From the NCBI RefSeq assembly GCF_054482525.1, contig NZ_CM137006.1: DNA of 64,000 nucleotides; one strand, given 5' to 3'. The translations under genes and the position numbers were made by a program. The notes beneath the pieces were generated by a model. The model had not been told where the DNA came from and did not search any database. It worked only from the letters and a program-made list of their open reading frames with translations. Below are positions 31,839 to 43,950 of the stretch, piece by piece. Positions within the stretch are counted from its first letter, which is position 1; every line of letters starts with the position of its first letter.

Positions 31839-33026
31839 TCAACAAAGCGCGGGCTGCCCCCACGGTCTTGCACGAATTCCTTTTAACATCAGCACCCACG
31901 CAGCAATGATCACCAACGCTAAGATGATAAACAGCGAGAAAGGTGGCAGACTGGTAAGCACTATGCCACTCACTAATGGGTTAATCGCCGCACCAAGCCA
32001 GCCTAAAGACTGAGCGGAAAAATAGCTGGCTTTCATTCCTGGCGGCGCAATATGGTCAATCAACATATACTCGCCCGGCGCATAAATGATTTCACCGACA
32101 GTAAATACCGCAGCTGACATACCCCACAATAGCAGGCTGTTGCCGGAAAAAATAAAACCGACCAGCCCAATGACGAAACAGAGGGTGCCTGCTGTCATCA
32201 GCGCGCGGATGTTAGCCGGGTTAAGTCGGCGGCCCACGGAATATTGCAACGTAACTACCATGGCAGCATTAACCGGAAGAACAACCGCAACCACCTTTTC
32301 GGCAAAATCACCATCAGCAATCACCATCACATATTGTGAAATGCACGAGGCAAATGCGCCGCTAACAAAGGAAGCCAGAAAACCAGAGCAGGTAAACCAC
32401 AACAGTGCTTTATCTTGTAATAAAACTTTCGGCGACCAGGCACTGCCTGTTTCCGTGGCGATGATTTTCTCGCTGCGCTTTACCCAAATTTGAATGAAAA
32501 GCATGGGAAACGCGGAACAGATAGCTGCCAGCCAAAAGGGCAGATTGATGCTCTGCATCACCAACAGCGTGCCGAGCGGCGGACCGATGGTCCAGCCAAT
32601 GTTGAGCATGGTGTAGTTGATTGAGAAGATTTTCGTTTTGCTGGTGGAGGAAAGATTGTCGGCAAACCAGGCTTTCAACACGGTAGCAAAAACGGAATAG
32701 GCGCAGTTAATAAGGGCAAAAAAGAGCACCACCAGCGTCACGTTATTCACTAAAGGAATGGCAATAAAACCGCTGGCGAAGGCGGTAATTGCCAGTAACA
32801 TATAGCGTTTCTTGTCGAACTTATCCGCCAGGATACCAAAACCGAGGCTAAAAACGACGCCAATAGTGAGCGCAATTGTCATCGCATAACCGATTAGATC
32901 GACACTCAGGTTGTACTGGCGACTCAAGTAAATGGTCATAAACGGCAGCGTAGCGCCGCGTCCGATGGTTAATAACAACGACGAGGCAAGAAGGGCGCTG
33001 GTAGAGCGTCGTAGGGATAAGTTCAT
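31839..33026 (-). CDS. ydeE: MFS transporter YdeE (dipeptide/drug efflux)
   Basis: 395-aa MFS-type ORF matches YdeE. Confidence 0.88.
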   Translation of the reverse strand: MNLSLRRSTSALLASSLLLTIGRGATLPFMTIYLSRQYNLSVDLIGYAMTIALTIGVVFSLGFGILADKFDKKRYMLLAITAFASGFIAIPLVNNVTLVVLFFALINCAYSVFATVLKAWFADNLSSTSKTKIFSINYTMLNIGWTIGPPLGTLLVMQSINLPFWLAAICSAFPMLFIQIWVKRSEKIIATETGSAWSPKVLLQDKALLWFTCSGFLASFVSGAFASCISQYVMVIADGDFAEKVVAVVLPVNAAMVVTLQYSVGRRLNPANIRALMTAGTLCFVIGLVGFIFSGNSLLLWGMSAAVFTVGEIIYAPGEYMLIDHIAPPGMKASYFSAQSLGWLGAAINPLVSGIVLTSLPPFSLFIILALVIIAAWVLMLKGIRARPWGQPALC

Positions 33027-33220
33027 TTGTCTGTCCGGCAGTGCGTTTCGTTATGTTTTGTTTTAGAGATGTAAAGAAATAGCATGGCAAAAATCCGAAG
33101 TATAGCGACTTATTTGCGCATTAATGCCGTCGTAATCGCCGACTAACTAATCAACTGTTAAAGAAAAGTAAATTCAGCTAAGTTGATTGCTTACAAAAGA
33201 TGAAATTCAGAGGCGGTAGA

Positions 33221-34120
33221 ATGTCGCGAAAAGATGGGGTGTTGGCGCTACTGGTAGTGGTCGTATGGGGGCTAAATTTTGTGGTCATCAAAGTGGGGCT
33301 TCATAACATGCCACCGCTGATGTTGGCCGGTTTGCGCTTTATGCTGGTTGCTTTTCCGGCTATCTTTTTTGTCGCACGACCGAAAGTACCACTGAATTTG
33401 CTGCTGGGGTATGGATTAACCATCAGTTTTGCGCAGTTTGCTTTTCTTTTTTGTGCCATTAACTTCGGTATGCCTGCTGGACTGGCTTCGCTGGTGTTAC
33501 AGGCACAGGCGTTTTTTACTATCGTGCTTGGCGCGTTTACTTTCGGTGAGCGACTGCATGGCAAACAATTGGCGGGGATCGCCTTAGCGATTTTTGGCGT
33601 ACTTGTGTTAATCGAAGATAGTCTGAACGGTCAGCATGTGGCGATGCTCGGCTTTATGTTGACCCTGGCGGCAGCATTTAGTTGGGCGTGTGGCAACATC
33701 TTCAATAAAAAGATCATGTCGCACTCAACGCGTCCGGCGGTGATGTCGCTGGTAATCTGGAGCGCTTTAATCCCAATCATTCCCTTCTTTGTTGCCTCGC
33801 TGATTCTCGATGGTTCCGCAACCATGATTCACAGTCTGGTTACTATCGATATGACCACCATCTTGTCTCTGATGTATCTGGCGTTTGTGGCGACAATTGT
33901 TGGTTATGGGATCTGGGGGACGTTACTGGGACGCTATGAAACCTGGCGGGTTGCACCGTTATCGTTACTGGTGCCCGTAGTAGGACTGGCAAGTGCGGCA
34001 CTATTGTTGGATGAACGCTTAACGGGTCTACAATTTTTCGGTGCGGTGCTCATTATGACCGGGCTGTATATCAATGTATTTGGCTTGCGGTGGCGTAAAG
34101 CAGTAAAAGTGGGAAGTTAA
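33221..34120 (+). CDS. eamA: cysteine/O-acetylserine exporter EamA (YdeD), DMT superfamily
   Basis: 299 aa from MSRKDGVLALLVVVVWG; track ORF starts 7 codons upstream. Confidence 0.9.
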   Translation: MSRKDGVLALLVVVVWGLNFVVIKVGLHNMPPLMLAGLRFMLVAFPAIFFVARPKVPLNLLLGYGLTISFAQFAFLFCAINFGMPAGLASLVLQAQAFFTIVLGAFTFGERLHGKQLAGIALAIFGVLVLIEDSLNGQHVAMLGFMLTLAAAFSWACGNIFNKKIMSHSTRPAVMSLVIWSALIPIIPFFVASLILDGSATMIHSLVTIDMTTILSLMYLAFVATIVGYGIWGTLLGRYETWRVAPLSLLVPVVGLASAALLLDERLTGLQFFGAVLIMTGLYINVFGLRWRKAVKVGS

Positions 34121-34150
34121 TAAGCCCCGAGATGTCGGGGCCAGAACAAA

Positions 34151-34369
34151 CTACATAGCGTGTTGATTATAATAGGGCACGCCGAGCGCATCCGACTTAT
34201 CACTGCCAGTACCCATGTGATTTAAATCAAACGGTGGTTGTTCCTGCGATGGGGGAACAACCACGACATTGGCACAGGAAGTAACAACCTGCTGCGTGGT
34301 TTGTTCCGCAATGCCCTGCGTGGAAAAGAGAATAAACGCAGCTGCTATTGCGGATAAAAGTGGTTTCAT
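34151..34369 (-). CDS. marB: multiple antibiotic resistance protein MarB (periplasmic)
   Basis: 72 aa with signal peptide, directly downstream of marA. Confidence 0.88.
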   Translation of the reverse strand: MKPLLSAIAAAFILFSTQGIAEQTTQQVVTSCANVVVVPPSQEQPPFDLNHMGTGSDKSDALGVPYYNQHAM

Positions 34370-34400
34370 GATTGCCTCAGTGACGTTGTCACGTTATCAA

Positions 34401-34790
34401 CTAGCTGTTGTAATGATTTAATGGATGTAAAAAGCGCGATTCGCCCTGCATATTGGTCATCCGGTATTTATGCGGCGGAACATCAAAGTAATTTTTGAAG
34501 GTTCGGGTCAGAGTTTGTTGCGACTCGAAGCCATATCGTTCTGCCAGATAGAGTATTGGCTCGTTACTTTCCTTCAGCTTTTGCGCGATTTCCGTCATCT
34601 TACGGCTGCGGATGTATTGGCCTAATGAATGACCGGTTTCTTTTTTAAACATCCGTTGCAGGTGCCATTTGGAGTAACCCGAACGCTCTGACACTTTCTC
34701 CAGTGACAGTGGCGATTCCAGGTTGTCCTCGATCCAGTCCAAAATGCTATGAATGGTAATAGCGTCAGTATTGCGTCTGGACATCGTCAT
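34401..34790 (-). CDS. marA: AraC/XylS-family transcriptional activator MarA
   Basis: 129-aa ORF ([50 protein letters not shown]...) recognised as MarA. Confidence 0.93.
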
Positions 34791-34804
34791 ACCTCTTTTT
34801 TTGT

Positions 34805-35239
34805 TTACGGCAGGACTTTCTTAAGCAAATGCTCAAGTGTTGCCACTTCGTCCGCCGTCAGGTTTTTTGTTAATTCTTGATGCAGGTCCTGGCCAACTAA
34901 TTGATGGCATTGTTCACATATTGCCGCGCCGCTGGTGGTAAGTTTTACCAGTACGCCGCGCTTGTCATTCGGGTTCGGCAACCTTTCCACCCAGCCTTTA
35001 CAGACCAGGCGATCCAGCATACGGGTCAGCGCTCCCAGGTCGACCGACAACACTTTTTTCAGTTCAACCGGAGTAATACACGCCGCGCAGCGGATAGAGC
35101 AGAGCACCTTAAACTGTGCCGCGGTAATATCCAGCGGAGACAGATACTCGTTAAGCAGGCGATCTTTCTTCTGATTAACCATATGGATTAAGCGACCCAA
35201 TGGAATAATTTCATTGAACAGATCGCTGGTACTTTTCAC
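34805..35239 (-). CDS. marR: MarR repressor (144 aa, GTG start) carrying G103S and Y137H relative to K-12
   Basis: translation recognised; codon 103 is AGC (plus 34931-34933) and codon 137 is CAT (plus 34829-34831). Confidence 0.93.
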
Positions 35240-35244
35240 ATTAG

Positions 35245-35338
35245 TTGCCCTGGCAAGTAATTAGTTGCAGGGGATAATATTGCCCAGGCAAGTATAAGTC
35301 AAATGAATGAATTGACCGATGCCACGTTTTGCTAAATC
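35245..35338 (-). promoter_or_regulatory. marO: marO: marRAB promoter with two MarR palindromes (35245-35256, 35280-35291), -10 TATTAT (35274-35279), -35 TTGACT (35297-35302) and marbox (35319-35338)
   Basis: TTGCCnGGGCAA palindromes, hexamers with 17-bp spacer and marbox GATTTAGCAAAACGTGGCAT read on minus strand; matches known marO layout. Confidence 0.85.
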
Positions 35339-35450
35339 GGTTCAAGTTTTGGTCAGTGCGATGCAAGGTTAGCTAAAGAGTGACACTTTATCGTTGTTTA
35401 CCCCTTATACTTTTCGCTGATAACCCAGATACACAGGATAACAACCACCA

Positions 35451-36116
35451 ATGTTAGATTTATTTAAAGCAATTGGCTTGGGGTTGGTGGTGTTACTACC
35501 GTTAGCTAACCCATTAACAACTGTCGCGTTATTTCTTGGCCTGGCAGGCAACATGAACAGTGCCGAACGTAATCGTCAGTCGTTGATGGCCTCGGTGTAC
35601 GTCTTTGCCATCATGATGGTGGCGTATTACGCCGGGCAACTGGTGATGGATACATTTGGCATTTCGATTCCCGGTCTGCGAATTGCAGGCGGCTTAATCG
35701 TCGCGTTTATCGGTTTTCGGATGCTCTTTCCGCAACAGAAAGCAATTGATTCACCGGAAGCGAAAAGCAAGTCGGAAGAGCTGGAAGATGAACCCAGTGC
35801 CAATATTGCCTTTGTACCACTGGCAATGCCAAGTACCGCCGGTCCGGGAACCATTGCAATGATTATTAGCTCGGCGTCCACAGTGCGTCAGAGTTCAACC
35901 TTCGCTGATTGGGTGCTGATGGTTGCGCCGCCGCTGATCTTTTTCCTGGTGGCGGTTATTTTGTGGGGAAGCCTACGCAGCTCTGGCGCAATTATGCGGC
36001 TGGTGGGCAAGGGAGGCATTGAAGCGATCTCCCGCCTGATGGGATTCCTGCTGGTATGTATGGGTGTGCAGTTTATTATTAACGGCATTCTGGAAATCAT
36101 TAAAACGTACCATTAA
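35451..36116 (+). CDS. marC: MarC-family inner-membrane protein
   Basis: 221-aa membrane ORF divergent from marRAB. Confidence 0.9.
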   Translation: MLDLFKAIGLGLVVLLPLANPLTTVALFLGLAGNMNSAERNRQSLMASVYVFAIMMVAYYAGQLVMDTFGISIPGLRIAGGLIVAFIGFRMLFPQQKAIDSPEAKSKSEELEDEPSANIAFVPLAMPSTAGPGTIAMIISSASTVRQSSTFADWVLMVAPPLIFFLVAVILWGSLRSSGAIMRLVGKGGIEAISRLMGFLLVCMGVQFIINGILEIIKTYH

Positions 36117-36117
36117 A

Positions 36118-36137
36118 AAAGGCCCGAATGGGCCTTT
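36118..36137. terminator. bidirectional hairpin aaaggccc/gggccttt between convergent marC and ydeA
   Basis: 8-bp perfect stem flanked by A-run and T-run. Confidence 0.6.
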
Positions 36138-36140
36138 CAA

Positions 36141-37331
36141 CTATTGCGTCTGTTCTTCGAGTGTCACTGGCCAGCGGCGAAAAATGATGATTGACCATAT
36201 TAACGCGGCAAAAGCAGGCACCGCGCCCACATAACCAATCATCGACATTGACCAGTGCAGACTGACCTGATTACCTACCAACGCGCCAGCGCCGATTCCA
36301 ATATTAAATATCCCCGAGAATAGCGCCATCGCGACGTCGGTGGCATCTGGTGCCAGCGCCAGCACTTTAACCTGCATACCAAGCCCGATGATCATCATCG
36401 CGATCCCCCAGAAAATACTTAGCACCCCGAGGTGTATTTCACTGTTCGCCGCAGGTAGCAGCAGTGCGAGGCACACCAGCAACAACGCAATCGCCGTACT
36501 CACCAACGCAGACGCATACTGATTACCCAGTTTCCCGAAAATCACGCTGCCAATAATGCCCGCACCACCGAGTAATAACAGTAATGCCGTGGCAAAGTTG
36601 GCGCTGAATCCCGCAATGTTTTGCACAAAAGGCTCGATATAGCTGTATGCCGTGTAATGGGCGGTGACAACCACCACAGTTAACAAATAAATGCTCATTA
36701 ATGCCGGGCGGCGGAACAATAGCGGGAGGCTTTTCAATGAACCGGAATGCTCACTGGGCAGCAAGGGAAGTAACTTAATCAGGCACAAAAGGGTAATAAA
36801 CGCCCCGATACCAATCGCGAAGAAGGTCATTCGCCAGCCAAAATACTGCCCCACAATGCGCCCGAGAGGTAAACCTAATACCATTGCCAGTGCTGTACCG
36901 GTGGCAATTAAACTCAACGCCTGCGCTCGCTTCCCGGCCGGAGCCATACGGATCGCCAGAGACGCCGTAATCGACCAGAAAATCGCATGTGCAAAAGCCA
37001 CACCAATGCGACTGATCACCAGAACGGTAAAACTCCACGATAAAAACGACAGTACGTGGCTGGCAATAAACACCACAAACAGGCAGATCAGTAATTTGCG
37101 TCGTTCAACCTGGCTGGTCATTAACATAAAAGGCAATGACATTAGCGCCACAACCCATGCATAAATCGTCAACATGATGCCGACCTGAGCGGTTTGCATG
37201 TGAAAACTTTGCGCAATGTCAGAGAGCAGGCCAACAGGGACAAATTCGGTGGTGTTGAAGATGAAGGCGGCGACTGCCAGCGTAACGACCCGTAGCCACG
37301 CCACTTTGCGGGAAACAGTGTTTGTTGTCAT
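36141..37331 (-). CDS. ydeA: MFS sugar efflux transporter YdeA (SotB)
   Basis: 396-aa MFS ORF matches YdeA. Confidence 0.88.
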   Translation of the reverse strand: MTTNTVSRKVAWLRVVTLAVAAFIFNTTEFVPVGLLSDIAQSFHMQTAQVGIMLTIYAWVVALMSLPFMLMTSQVERRKLLICLFVVFIASHVLSFLSWSFTVLVISRIGVAFAHAIFWSITASLAIRMAPAGKRAQALSLIATGTALAMVLGLPLGRIVGQYFGWRMTFFAIGIGAFITLLCLIKLLPLLPSEHSGSLKSLPLLFRRPALMSIYLLTVVVVTAHYTAYSYIEPFVQNIAGFSANFATALLLLLGGAGIIGSVIFGKLGNQYASALVSTAIALLLVCLALLLPAANSEIHLGVLSIFWGIAMMIIGLGMQVKVLALAPDATDVAMALFSGIFNIGIGAGALVGNQVSLHWSMSMIGYVGAVPAFAALIWSIIIFRRWPVTLEEQTQ

Positions 37332-37480
37332 AACAGATTATCGGGTGAGTTGCGAAAAAGTGATGAAATGATCTTAAAACGGTTAATGATGTGAATACAA
37401 TGCATTTGTGATCTGGATCGCGTTTTCCGTTTCTCTGACGCTGATTCTGTTCCGCGTCAGAGAGTCGGTAACATCACGGT

Positions 37481-38596
37481 TTAATGACGTTCAGGGAGGT
37501 CTGGCGTTTTGGAGGTTGCGGGTATAGGTGGTCTGACAGGGGAGCGAGGCCTGTTTTTCACCAGGTCTTCGTGAGTAACTTTTGGCGGTGTTTCATTTTT
37601 TACAAACAGTTTGAGGGTCCTGCGCGCCATATGTTTGATAATTTTATCATCACTTAATGATGCTGGCATCAACACGTCATTCAAATCACTTTCATTGGGA
37701 TTCATAAATTGGTGATAGTGCAATAACATATTGGCGAAAAATAAAAACAAGTCCTGAAAATGAGGGGGTTCTTGTTCTGCTAAAAGGGATAAAAAGCAGA
37801 TACAGACTTCGGGTAGTACATGTTTGTTAGAACCTAATGAATCCATCAGACTTTGCAATAAATCCTCTTTTAATTCGCTGTCCTTTATGTCAAGAATGGC
37901 GGTGATCAAGTTAGGCTCTTTATTGACGAACCATCTGTGAACTTCAGAGTTATTCCATAATCGGGGGAGTATGACAAAATTACCGCGAGAGATAAAATTC
38001 AGGACAAGCAAATCAAACTGGCGTAAGTAATCTGCAGCGGTATGGTGATCTGGAAGCAGGGGTTCAATATGTGGTGTATGCGCTCTTTTGATGGGAACGC
38101 CAGGGTTGATCATTGGAAATTGTTCAATAAAGTCATTCAGAAACAGGAAGAGCACACGCTCCACGCCGGTCTGAAATACGCGCCCCATAGTGACAGGCTT
38201 TGGGTTGGGAGCGCAAAAAATATTAATTTCCCCATCATGGCGGAAATTATCTAAATAAATAGGGCTTAAATTTATTACTACCTGAAATTCAATATTTTCT
38301 TTGTGTCTTCCATTCCTGGCAGGATAAGTGAGTTTAAATTGAACTTTTTCATTGTATAGCGTGTCGTTACCCCGGAAAGAGGTTCTCTGAATATATGATA
38401 AGTTATCAAGGTTATTAAATATCTTTTTTGTGGCTGAGCTGATGTTTAAAGACGTACGCCACTCTTCATCACATATTATGGTACTGAGTGCATCAATAAA
38501 ATCCTTTAAAACTTCTTTTACCTGAGGTGCAATATTACGTACGGGAAAATCTTCAGGAAGAGATATGTAATTGCTGATGCTTACTGGCGTAACCAT
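37481..38596 (-). CDS. yneK: uncharacterized protein YneK
   Basis: 371-aa ORF matches YneK as recalled; no recognisable motifs. Confidence 0.8.
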   Translation of the reverse strand: MVTPVSISNYISLPEDFPVRNIAPQVKEVLKDFIDALSTIICDEEWRTSLNISSATKKIFNNLDNLSYIQRTSFRGNDTLYNEKVQFKLTYPARNGRHKENIEFQVVINLSPIYLDNFRHDGEINIFCAPNPKPVTMGRVFQTGVERVLFLFLNDFIEQFPMINPGVPIKRAHTPHIEPLLPDHHTAADYLRQFDLLVLNFISRGNFVILPRLWNNSEVHRWFVNKEPNLITAILDIKDSELKEDLLQSLMDSLGSNKHVLPEVCICFLSLLAEQEPPHFQDLFLFFANMLLHYHQFMNPNESDLNDVLMPASLSDDKIIKHMARRTLKLFVKNETPPKVTHEDLVKNRPRSPVRPPIPATSKTPDLPERH

Positions 38597-38679
38597 ATTT
38601 GCCCCATATAGTCATAAGTCATCGGAACATCACTATATAGAGCATATTAGCCGCAAGAACTATCAAAAATAGCTCATTG

Positions 38680-39555
38680 CTAACTCTGTTTTGCCGAGTC
38701 AGACACATCCAGTAGTTGAATAAATGCCTCAAGCGGACGCGTTTTTGCACCGCGACGCCAGACCAGCCATGTTGTTAACCAACGCCATTGCTCAGCTAAC
38801 GGCCAAGCCTCAACCTGGTGATGCCCCGGCATACTTTCCAGCATAGAGCGTGGAATAAGCGCAATGCCAGCTCCTGCGACCACACAGGCCAACATTCCGT
38901 GATAAGACTCCATCTCATGGATAGTTCCCGGAGCGGCACCGTCAGTATGAAACCAGCTCTCGAAGTGGCGACGATACGAACAATTGGCGCGGAAGGCATA
39001 AATGTTACTGCCATTAACCTGACTGGCACGGGTTACTGGCGCATGTCCTTGTGGCGTGACAATCATCAACTCCTCGCGGTACACCGGTATCCCGTCAATG
39101 GCAGTATGGTTAATGGGCCCATCAATAAACGCCGCATTCAGTTTTCCCTCCAGCACCCCTTCCAGCATAGTGCCGGAAGGGCCGGTGGAAAGTGAAAACT
39201 GAATTTTGGGATAACGACGGTTGAATTCCGCCAGCGTGGCCGGAATGCGAACTGCTGCGGTGCTTTCCAGCGAACCAAGAGAAAATAAACCTTGCGGCTC
39301 ATTGCCAGCGACAACGCTCCGCGCTTCATCCACTAACGCGAGAATTTGTTGGCTATAGCGTAAAAAGTTATGCCCGGCAGGAGAGAGACGTAAACGCTGA
39401 TTCTCGCGAATAAACAGATCAACCCCCAGTTCTGTTTCCAGCTGGCGTAGACGGGTAGTGAGATTCGACGGCACGCGATGCACTTTTGCTGCAGCCTGGG
39501 TTATGCTGCCAGCTTCGGCAACCGCGTTGAACATCTCCAGTTGGGTCAGATCCAT
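38680..39555 (-). CDS. yneJ: LysR-family transcriptional regulator YneJ
   Basis: 291 aa with LysR HTH; divergent from sad. Confidence 0.85.
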   Translation of the reverse strand: MDLTQLEMFNAVAEAGSITQAAAKVHRVPSNLTTRLRQLETELGVDLFIRENQRLRLSPAGHNFLRYSQQILALVDEARSVVAGNEPQGLFSLGSLESTAAVRIPATLAEFNRRYPKIQFSLSTGPSGTMLEGVLEGKLNAAFIDGPINHTAIDGIPVYREELMIVTPQGHAPVTRASQVNGSNIYAFRANCSYRRHFESWFHTDGAAPGTIHEMESYHGMLACVVAGAGIALIPRSMLESMPGHHQVEAWPLAEQWRWLTTWLVWRRGAKTRPLEAFIQLLDVSDSAKQS

Positions 39556-39655
39556 AATATTCTCGATTCATGAATAAGTGGCTTAATATTATTCATTTTA
39601 AAGCAAGAGTAAATCTGCGTATCTTTTTACCATAACCCATAAAGGAGATACCCCG

Positions 39656-41044
39656 ATGACCATTACTTCGGCAACCCATGCAATTTCGATAAATCCTGCC
39701 ACCGGTGAACAACTTTCTGTGCTGCCGTGGGCTGGCGCTGACGATATCGAAAACGCACTACAGCTGGCGGCAGCTGGCTTTCGCGACTGGCGTGAGACAA
39801 ATATAGATTATCGTGCCGAAAAACTGCGTGATATCGGTAAGGCTCTGCGTGTCCGTAGCGAAGAAATGGCGCAAATGATCACCCGTGAAATGGGCAAACC
39901 AATCAACCAAGCGCGCGCTGAAGTGGCGAAATCGGCGAATTTGTGTGACTGGTATGCAGAACATGGTCCGGCAATGCTGAAGGCGGAACCTACGCTGGTG
40001 GAAAATCAGCAGGCAGTTATTGAGTATCGCCCGTTGGGGACAATTCTGGCGATTATGCCGTGGAATTTTCCGTTATGGCAGGTGATGCGTGGTGCGGTTC
40101 CCATCATTCTTGCAGGTAACGGCTACTTACTTAAACATGCGCCGAATGTGATGGGCTGTGCACAGCTCATTGCCCAGGTGTTTAAAGATGCGGGTATCCC
40201 ACAAGGCGTATATGGCTGGCTGAATGCCGACAACGACGGCGTCAGTCAGATGATTAAAGACTCGCGCATTGCTGCTGTCACGGTGACCGGAAGTGTTCGT
40301 GCGGGAGCGGCTATTGGCGCACAGGCTGGAGCGGCACTGAAAAAATGCGTACTGGAACTGGGCGGTTCGGATCCATTTATTGTGCTTAACGATGCCGATC
40401 TGGAACTGGCGGTTAAAGCGGCGGTAGCCGGACGTTATCAGAATACCGGACAGGTTTGTGCAGCTGCAAAACGCTTTATTATCGAAGAGGGAATTGCTTC
40501 GGCATTTACCGAACGTTTTGTGGCAGCTGCGGCAGCCTTGAAAATGGGCGATCCCCGTGACGAAGAGAACACTCTCGGACCAATGGCTCGTTTTGATTTA
40601 CGTGATGAGCTGCATCATCAGGTGGAGAAAACCCTGGCGCAGGGTGCGCGTTTGTTACTGGGCGGGGAAAAGATGGCTGGGGCAGGTAACTACTATCCGC
40701 CAACGGTTCTGGCGAATGTTACCCCAGAAATGACCGCGTTTCGGGAAGAAATGTTTGGCCCCGTTGCGGCAATCACCATTGCGAAAGATGCAGAACATGC
40801 GCTGGAACTGGCTAATGATAGTGAGTTCGGCCTTTCAGCGACCATTTTCACCACCGACGAAACACAGGCCAGACAGATGGCGGTACGTCTGGAATGCGGT
40901 GGGGTGTTTATCAATGGTTATTGTGCCAGCGACGCGCGAGTCGCCTTTGGTGGCGTGAAGAAGAGTGGCTTTGGTCGTGAGCTTTCCCATTTCGGCTTAC
41001 ACGAATTCTGTAATATCCAGACGGTGTGGAAAGACCGGATCTGA
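39656..41044 (+). CDS. sad: NAD+-dependent succinate-semialdehyde dehydrogenase Sad (YneI)
   Basis: 462-aa aldehyde dehydrogenase; catalytic Cys in GQVCAAAKR and Glu in LELGG. Confidence 0.92.
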   Translation: MTITSATHAISINPATGEQLSVLPWAGADDIENALQLAAAGFRDWRETNIDYRAEKLRDIGKALRVRSEEMAQMITREMGKPINQARAEVAKSANLCDWYAEHGPAMLKAEPTLVENQQAVIEYRPLGTILAIMPWNFPLWQVMRGAVPIILAGNGYLLKHAPNVMGCAQLIAQVFKDAGIPQGVYGWLNADNDGVSQMIKDSRIAAVTVTGSVRAGAAIGAQAGAALKKCVLELGGSDPFIVLNDADLELAVKAAVAGRYQNTGQVCAAAKRFIIEEGIASAFTERFVAAAAALKMGDPRDEENTLGPMARFDLRDELHHQVEKTLAQGARLLLGGEKMAGAGNYYPPTVLANVTPEMTAFREEMFGPVAAITIAKDAEHALELANDSEFGLSATIFTTDETQARQMAVRLECGGVFINGYCASDARVAFGGVKKSGFGRELSHFGLHEFCNIQTVWKDRI

Positions 41045-41107
41045 CGCTACATATTCAGCTCTGATATACTCGCAGGTCTTTTCAGACCTGCGGTCCAGGA
41101 GTAGAAA

Positions 41108-42034
41108 GTGGCAGTCGCCATGGATAATGCAATTTTAGAAAACATCTTGCGGCAAGTGCGGCCGCTCATTGGTCAGGGTAAAGTCGCGGATTATATTCCG
41201 GCGCTGGCTACGGTAGACGGTTCCCGGCTGGGCATTGCTATCTGTACAGTTGACGGACAGCTTTTTCAGGCCGGAGATGCACAAGAACGTTTTTCCATTC
41301 AGTCTATTTCCAAAGTGCTGAGTCTCGTTGTCGCCATGCGTCATTACTCCGAAGAGGAAATCTGGCAACGCGTCGGCAAAGATCCGTCTGGATCACCGTT
41401 CAATTCTTTAGTGCAACTGGAAATGGAGCAGGGTATTCCGCGTAATCCGTTTATTAATGCCGGTGCGCTGGTGGTCTGCGATATGTTGCAAGGGCGATTA
41501 AGCGCTCCTCGGCAACGTATGCTGGAAGTCGTGCGCGGCTTAAGCGGTGTGTCTGATATTTCATACGATACGATGGTAGCGCGTTCCGAATTTGAACATT
41601 CCGCGCGAAATGCGGCTATCGCCTGGCTGATGAAGTCGTTTGGCAATTTCCATCATGATGTGACAACCGTTCTGCAAAACTACTTTCATTACTGCGCTCT
41701 GAAAATGAGCTGTGTAGAGCTGGCCCGGACGTTTGTCTTTCTGGCTAATCAGGGGAAAGCTATTCATATTGATGAACCTGTGGTGACGCCAATGCAGGCG
41801 CGGCAAATTAATGCGCTGATGGCGACCAGTGGTATGTACCAGAACGCGGGGGAGTTTGCCTGGCGGGTGGGACTACCAGCGAAATCTGGCGTTGGTGGCG
41901 GTATTGTGGCGATTGTTCCGCATGAAATGGCCATCGCAGTCTGGAGTCCGGAACTGGATGATGCAGGTAACTCGCTCGCGGGTATCGCCGTCCTTGAACA
42001 ATTGACGAAACAGTTAGGGCGTTCGGTTTATTAA
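41108..42034 (+). CDS. glsB: glutaminase 2 GlsB (YneH)
   Basis: 308-aa serine-dependent glutaminase sequence. Confidence 0.92.
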   Translation: MAVAMDNAILENILRQVRPLIGQGKVADYIPALATVDGSRLGIAICTVDGQLFQAGDAQERFSIQSISKVLSLVVAMRHYSEEEIWQRVGKDPSGSPFNSLVQLEMEQGIPRNPFINAGALVVCDMLQGRLSAPRQRMLEVVRGLSGVSDISYDTMVARSEFEHSARNAAIAWLMKSFGNFHHDVTTVLQNYFHYCALKMSCVELARTFVFLANQGKAIHIDEPVVTPMQARQINALMATSGMYQNAGEFAWRVGLPAKSGVGGGIVAIVPHEMAIAVWSPELDDAGNSLAGIAVLEQLTKQLGRSVY

Positions 42035-42393
42035 TGCAGTCTCTCGATCCACTCTTCGCGCGTTTATCCCGTTCAAAATTTCGCTCTCGCTTTCGTTTGG
42101 GTGTGAAAGAGCGTCAGTATTGTCTGGAGAAAGGCGCGCCAGTCATCGAACAACATGCGGCGGATTTTGTCGCTAAACGTCTTGCTCCGGCATTACCGGC
42201 TAACGACGGTAAGCAAACCCCCATGCGCGGGCATCCGGTGTTTATCGCTCAGCACGCCACTGCAACCTGTTGTCGCGGTTGTCTGGCTAAGTGGCATAAC
42301 ATTCCGCAGGGTGTTTCGTTAAGCGAGCAACAACAACGTTATATCGTGGCGGTAATCTATCACTGGTTGGTTATACAGATGAATCAGCCATGA
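42034..42393 (+). CDS. yneG: DUF4186-family protein YneG
   Basis: 119-aa ORF overlapping glsB stop. Confidence 0.82.
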   Translation: MQSLDPLFARLSRSKFRSRFRLGVKERQYCLEKGAPVIEQHAADFVAKRLAPALPANDGKQTPMRGHPVFIAQHATATCCRGCLAKWHNIPQGVSLSEQQQRYIVAVIYHWLVIQMNQP

Positions 42394-42531
42394 TAATTGC
42401 GGAAAACGATAAAATAGCATTCCCAGGATATCTTTATTTGCCGCCGCTGTCAGCGAACATGCTATCCTTTATGAGAATTTACTTATTACGTTGAGATAAT
42501 TGCTATCCGCAATTGTATGGACAGATAATTA

Positions 42532-43950
42532 ATGCATGTACAGCCCATTTCAACTTTCCGTTTGTTCCAGGAAGGTCATCTGCTACGTAATAGCATCGCT
42601 ATTTTTGCGCTAACCACGCTGTTCTATTTTATTGGTGCAGAGTTACGGCTGGTTCACGAACTTTCTCTTTTCTGGCCGCTGAATGGCGTAATGGCGGGGG
42701 TGTTTGCCCGCTATGTCTGGCTTAATCGACTGCATTACTATGCGATCAGTTATGTGGCAATGCTGGTTTATGATGCCATAACCACCGAATGGGGGCTGGT
42801 TTCACTGGCTATCAATTTCTCCAATATGATGTTTATTGTTACCGTCGCCTTACTGGTCGCGCGGGATAAGCGTCTGGGGAAAAATAAGTACGAGCCAGTA
42901 AGTGCCTTACGGCTATTTAATTACTGTCTGATTGCCGCATTATTATGCGCTATTGTCGGGGCGATTGGTTCGGTCAGTATTGATAGTCTGGATTTCTGGC
43001 CTTTGCTTGCCGACTGGTTCAGTGAGCAATTCTCAACGGGCGTGTTGATCGTGCCTTGTATGCTGACGTTGGCAATTCCTGGAGTGCTGCCGCGCTTTAA
43101 AGCAGAACAGATGATGCCCGCTATCGCGCTTATTGTGTCGGTTATTGCCTCGGTAGTCATTGGCGGAGCGGGGAGTCTGGCGTTCCCGCTGCCTGCATTA
43201 ATCTGGTGTGCAGTGCGCTATACGCCGCAGGTAACATGTCTGTTGACCTTTGTCACCGGTGCGGTTGAAATCGTACTGGTGGCAAATTCGGTGATTGATA
43301 TCTCGGTCGGTTCGCCGTTCTCCATTCCGCAAATGTTCTCCGCACGTCTCGGTATTGCCACGATGGCGATATGCCCAATTATGGTTTCTTTTAGCGTGGC
43401 AGCGATCAATTCGCTAATGAAGCAAGTTGCGCTGCGAGCCGACTTTGATTTTCTGACTCAGGTTTACTCACGGTCCGGTCTTTATGAGGCGCTGAAAAGT
43501 CCATCGCTGAAACAGACACAACATCTGACTGTCATGCTGCTTGATATCGACTATTTCAAAAGCATTAACGATAACTATGGACATGAATGTGGCGATAAAG
43601 TGTTAAGCGTGTTTGCCCAGCATATTCAGAAGATTGTCGGTGATAAGGGGCTGGTGGCGCGAATGGGCGGCGAAGAATTTGCTGTTGCAGTGCCATCGGT
43701 GAATCCTGTCGATGGTCTGCTAATGGCGGAAAAAATCCGTAAAGGCGTTGAACTGCAACCGTTCACCTGGCAACAAAAAACGCTTTATCTCACGGTAAGT
43801 ATTGGCGTCGGTAGTGGTTGCGCATCGTACCGAACGCTGACCGATGACTTTAATAAATTGATGGTCGAAGCCGATACATGTCTGTATCGCTCGAAGAAAG
43901 ATGGGCGCAACCGTACCAGCACTATGCGTTACGGTGAGGAAGTTGTCTGA
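42532..43950 (+). CDS. dgcF: membrane-anchored diguanylate cyclase DgcF (YneF)
   Basis: 472 aa: multi-TM N-terminal domain plus GGDEF domain (RMGGEEF). Confidence 0.88.
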   Translation: MHVQPISTFRLFQEGHLLRNSIAIFALTTLFYFIGAELRLVHELSLFWPLNGVMAGVFARYVWLNRLHYYAISYVAMLVYDAITTEWGLVSLAINFSNMMFIVTVALLVARDKRLGKNKYEPVSALRLFNYCLIAALLCAIVGAIGSVSIDSLDFWPLLADWFSEQFSTGVLIVPCMLTLAIPGVLPRFKAEQMMPAIALIVSVIASVVIGGAGSLAFPLPALIWCAVRYTPQVTCLLTFVTGAVEIVLVANSVIDISVGSPFSIPQMFSARLGIATMAICPIMVSFSVAAINSLMKQVALRADFDFLTQVYSRSGLYEALKSPSLKQTQHLTVMLLDIDYFKSINDNYGHECGDKVLSVFAQHIQKIVGDKGLVARMGGEEFAVAVPSVNPVDGLLMAEKIRKGVELQPFTWQQKTLYLTVSIGVGSGCASYRTLTDDFNKLMVEADTCLYRSKKDGRNRTSTMRYGEEVV

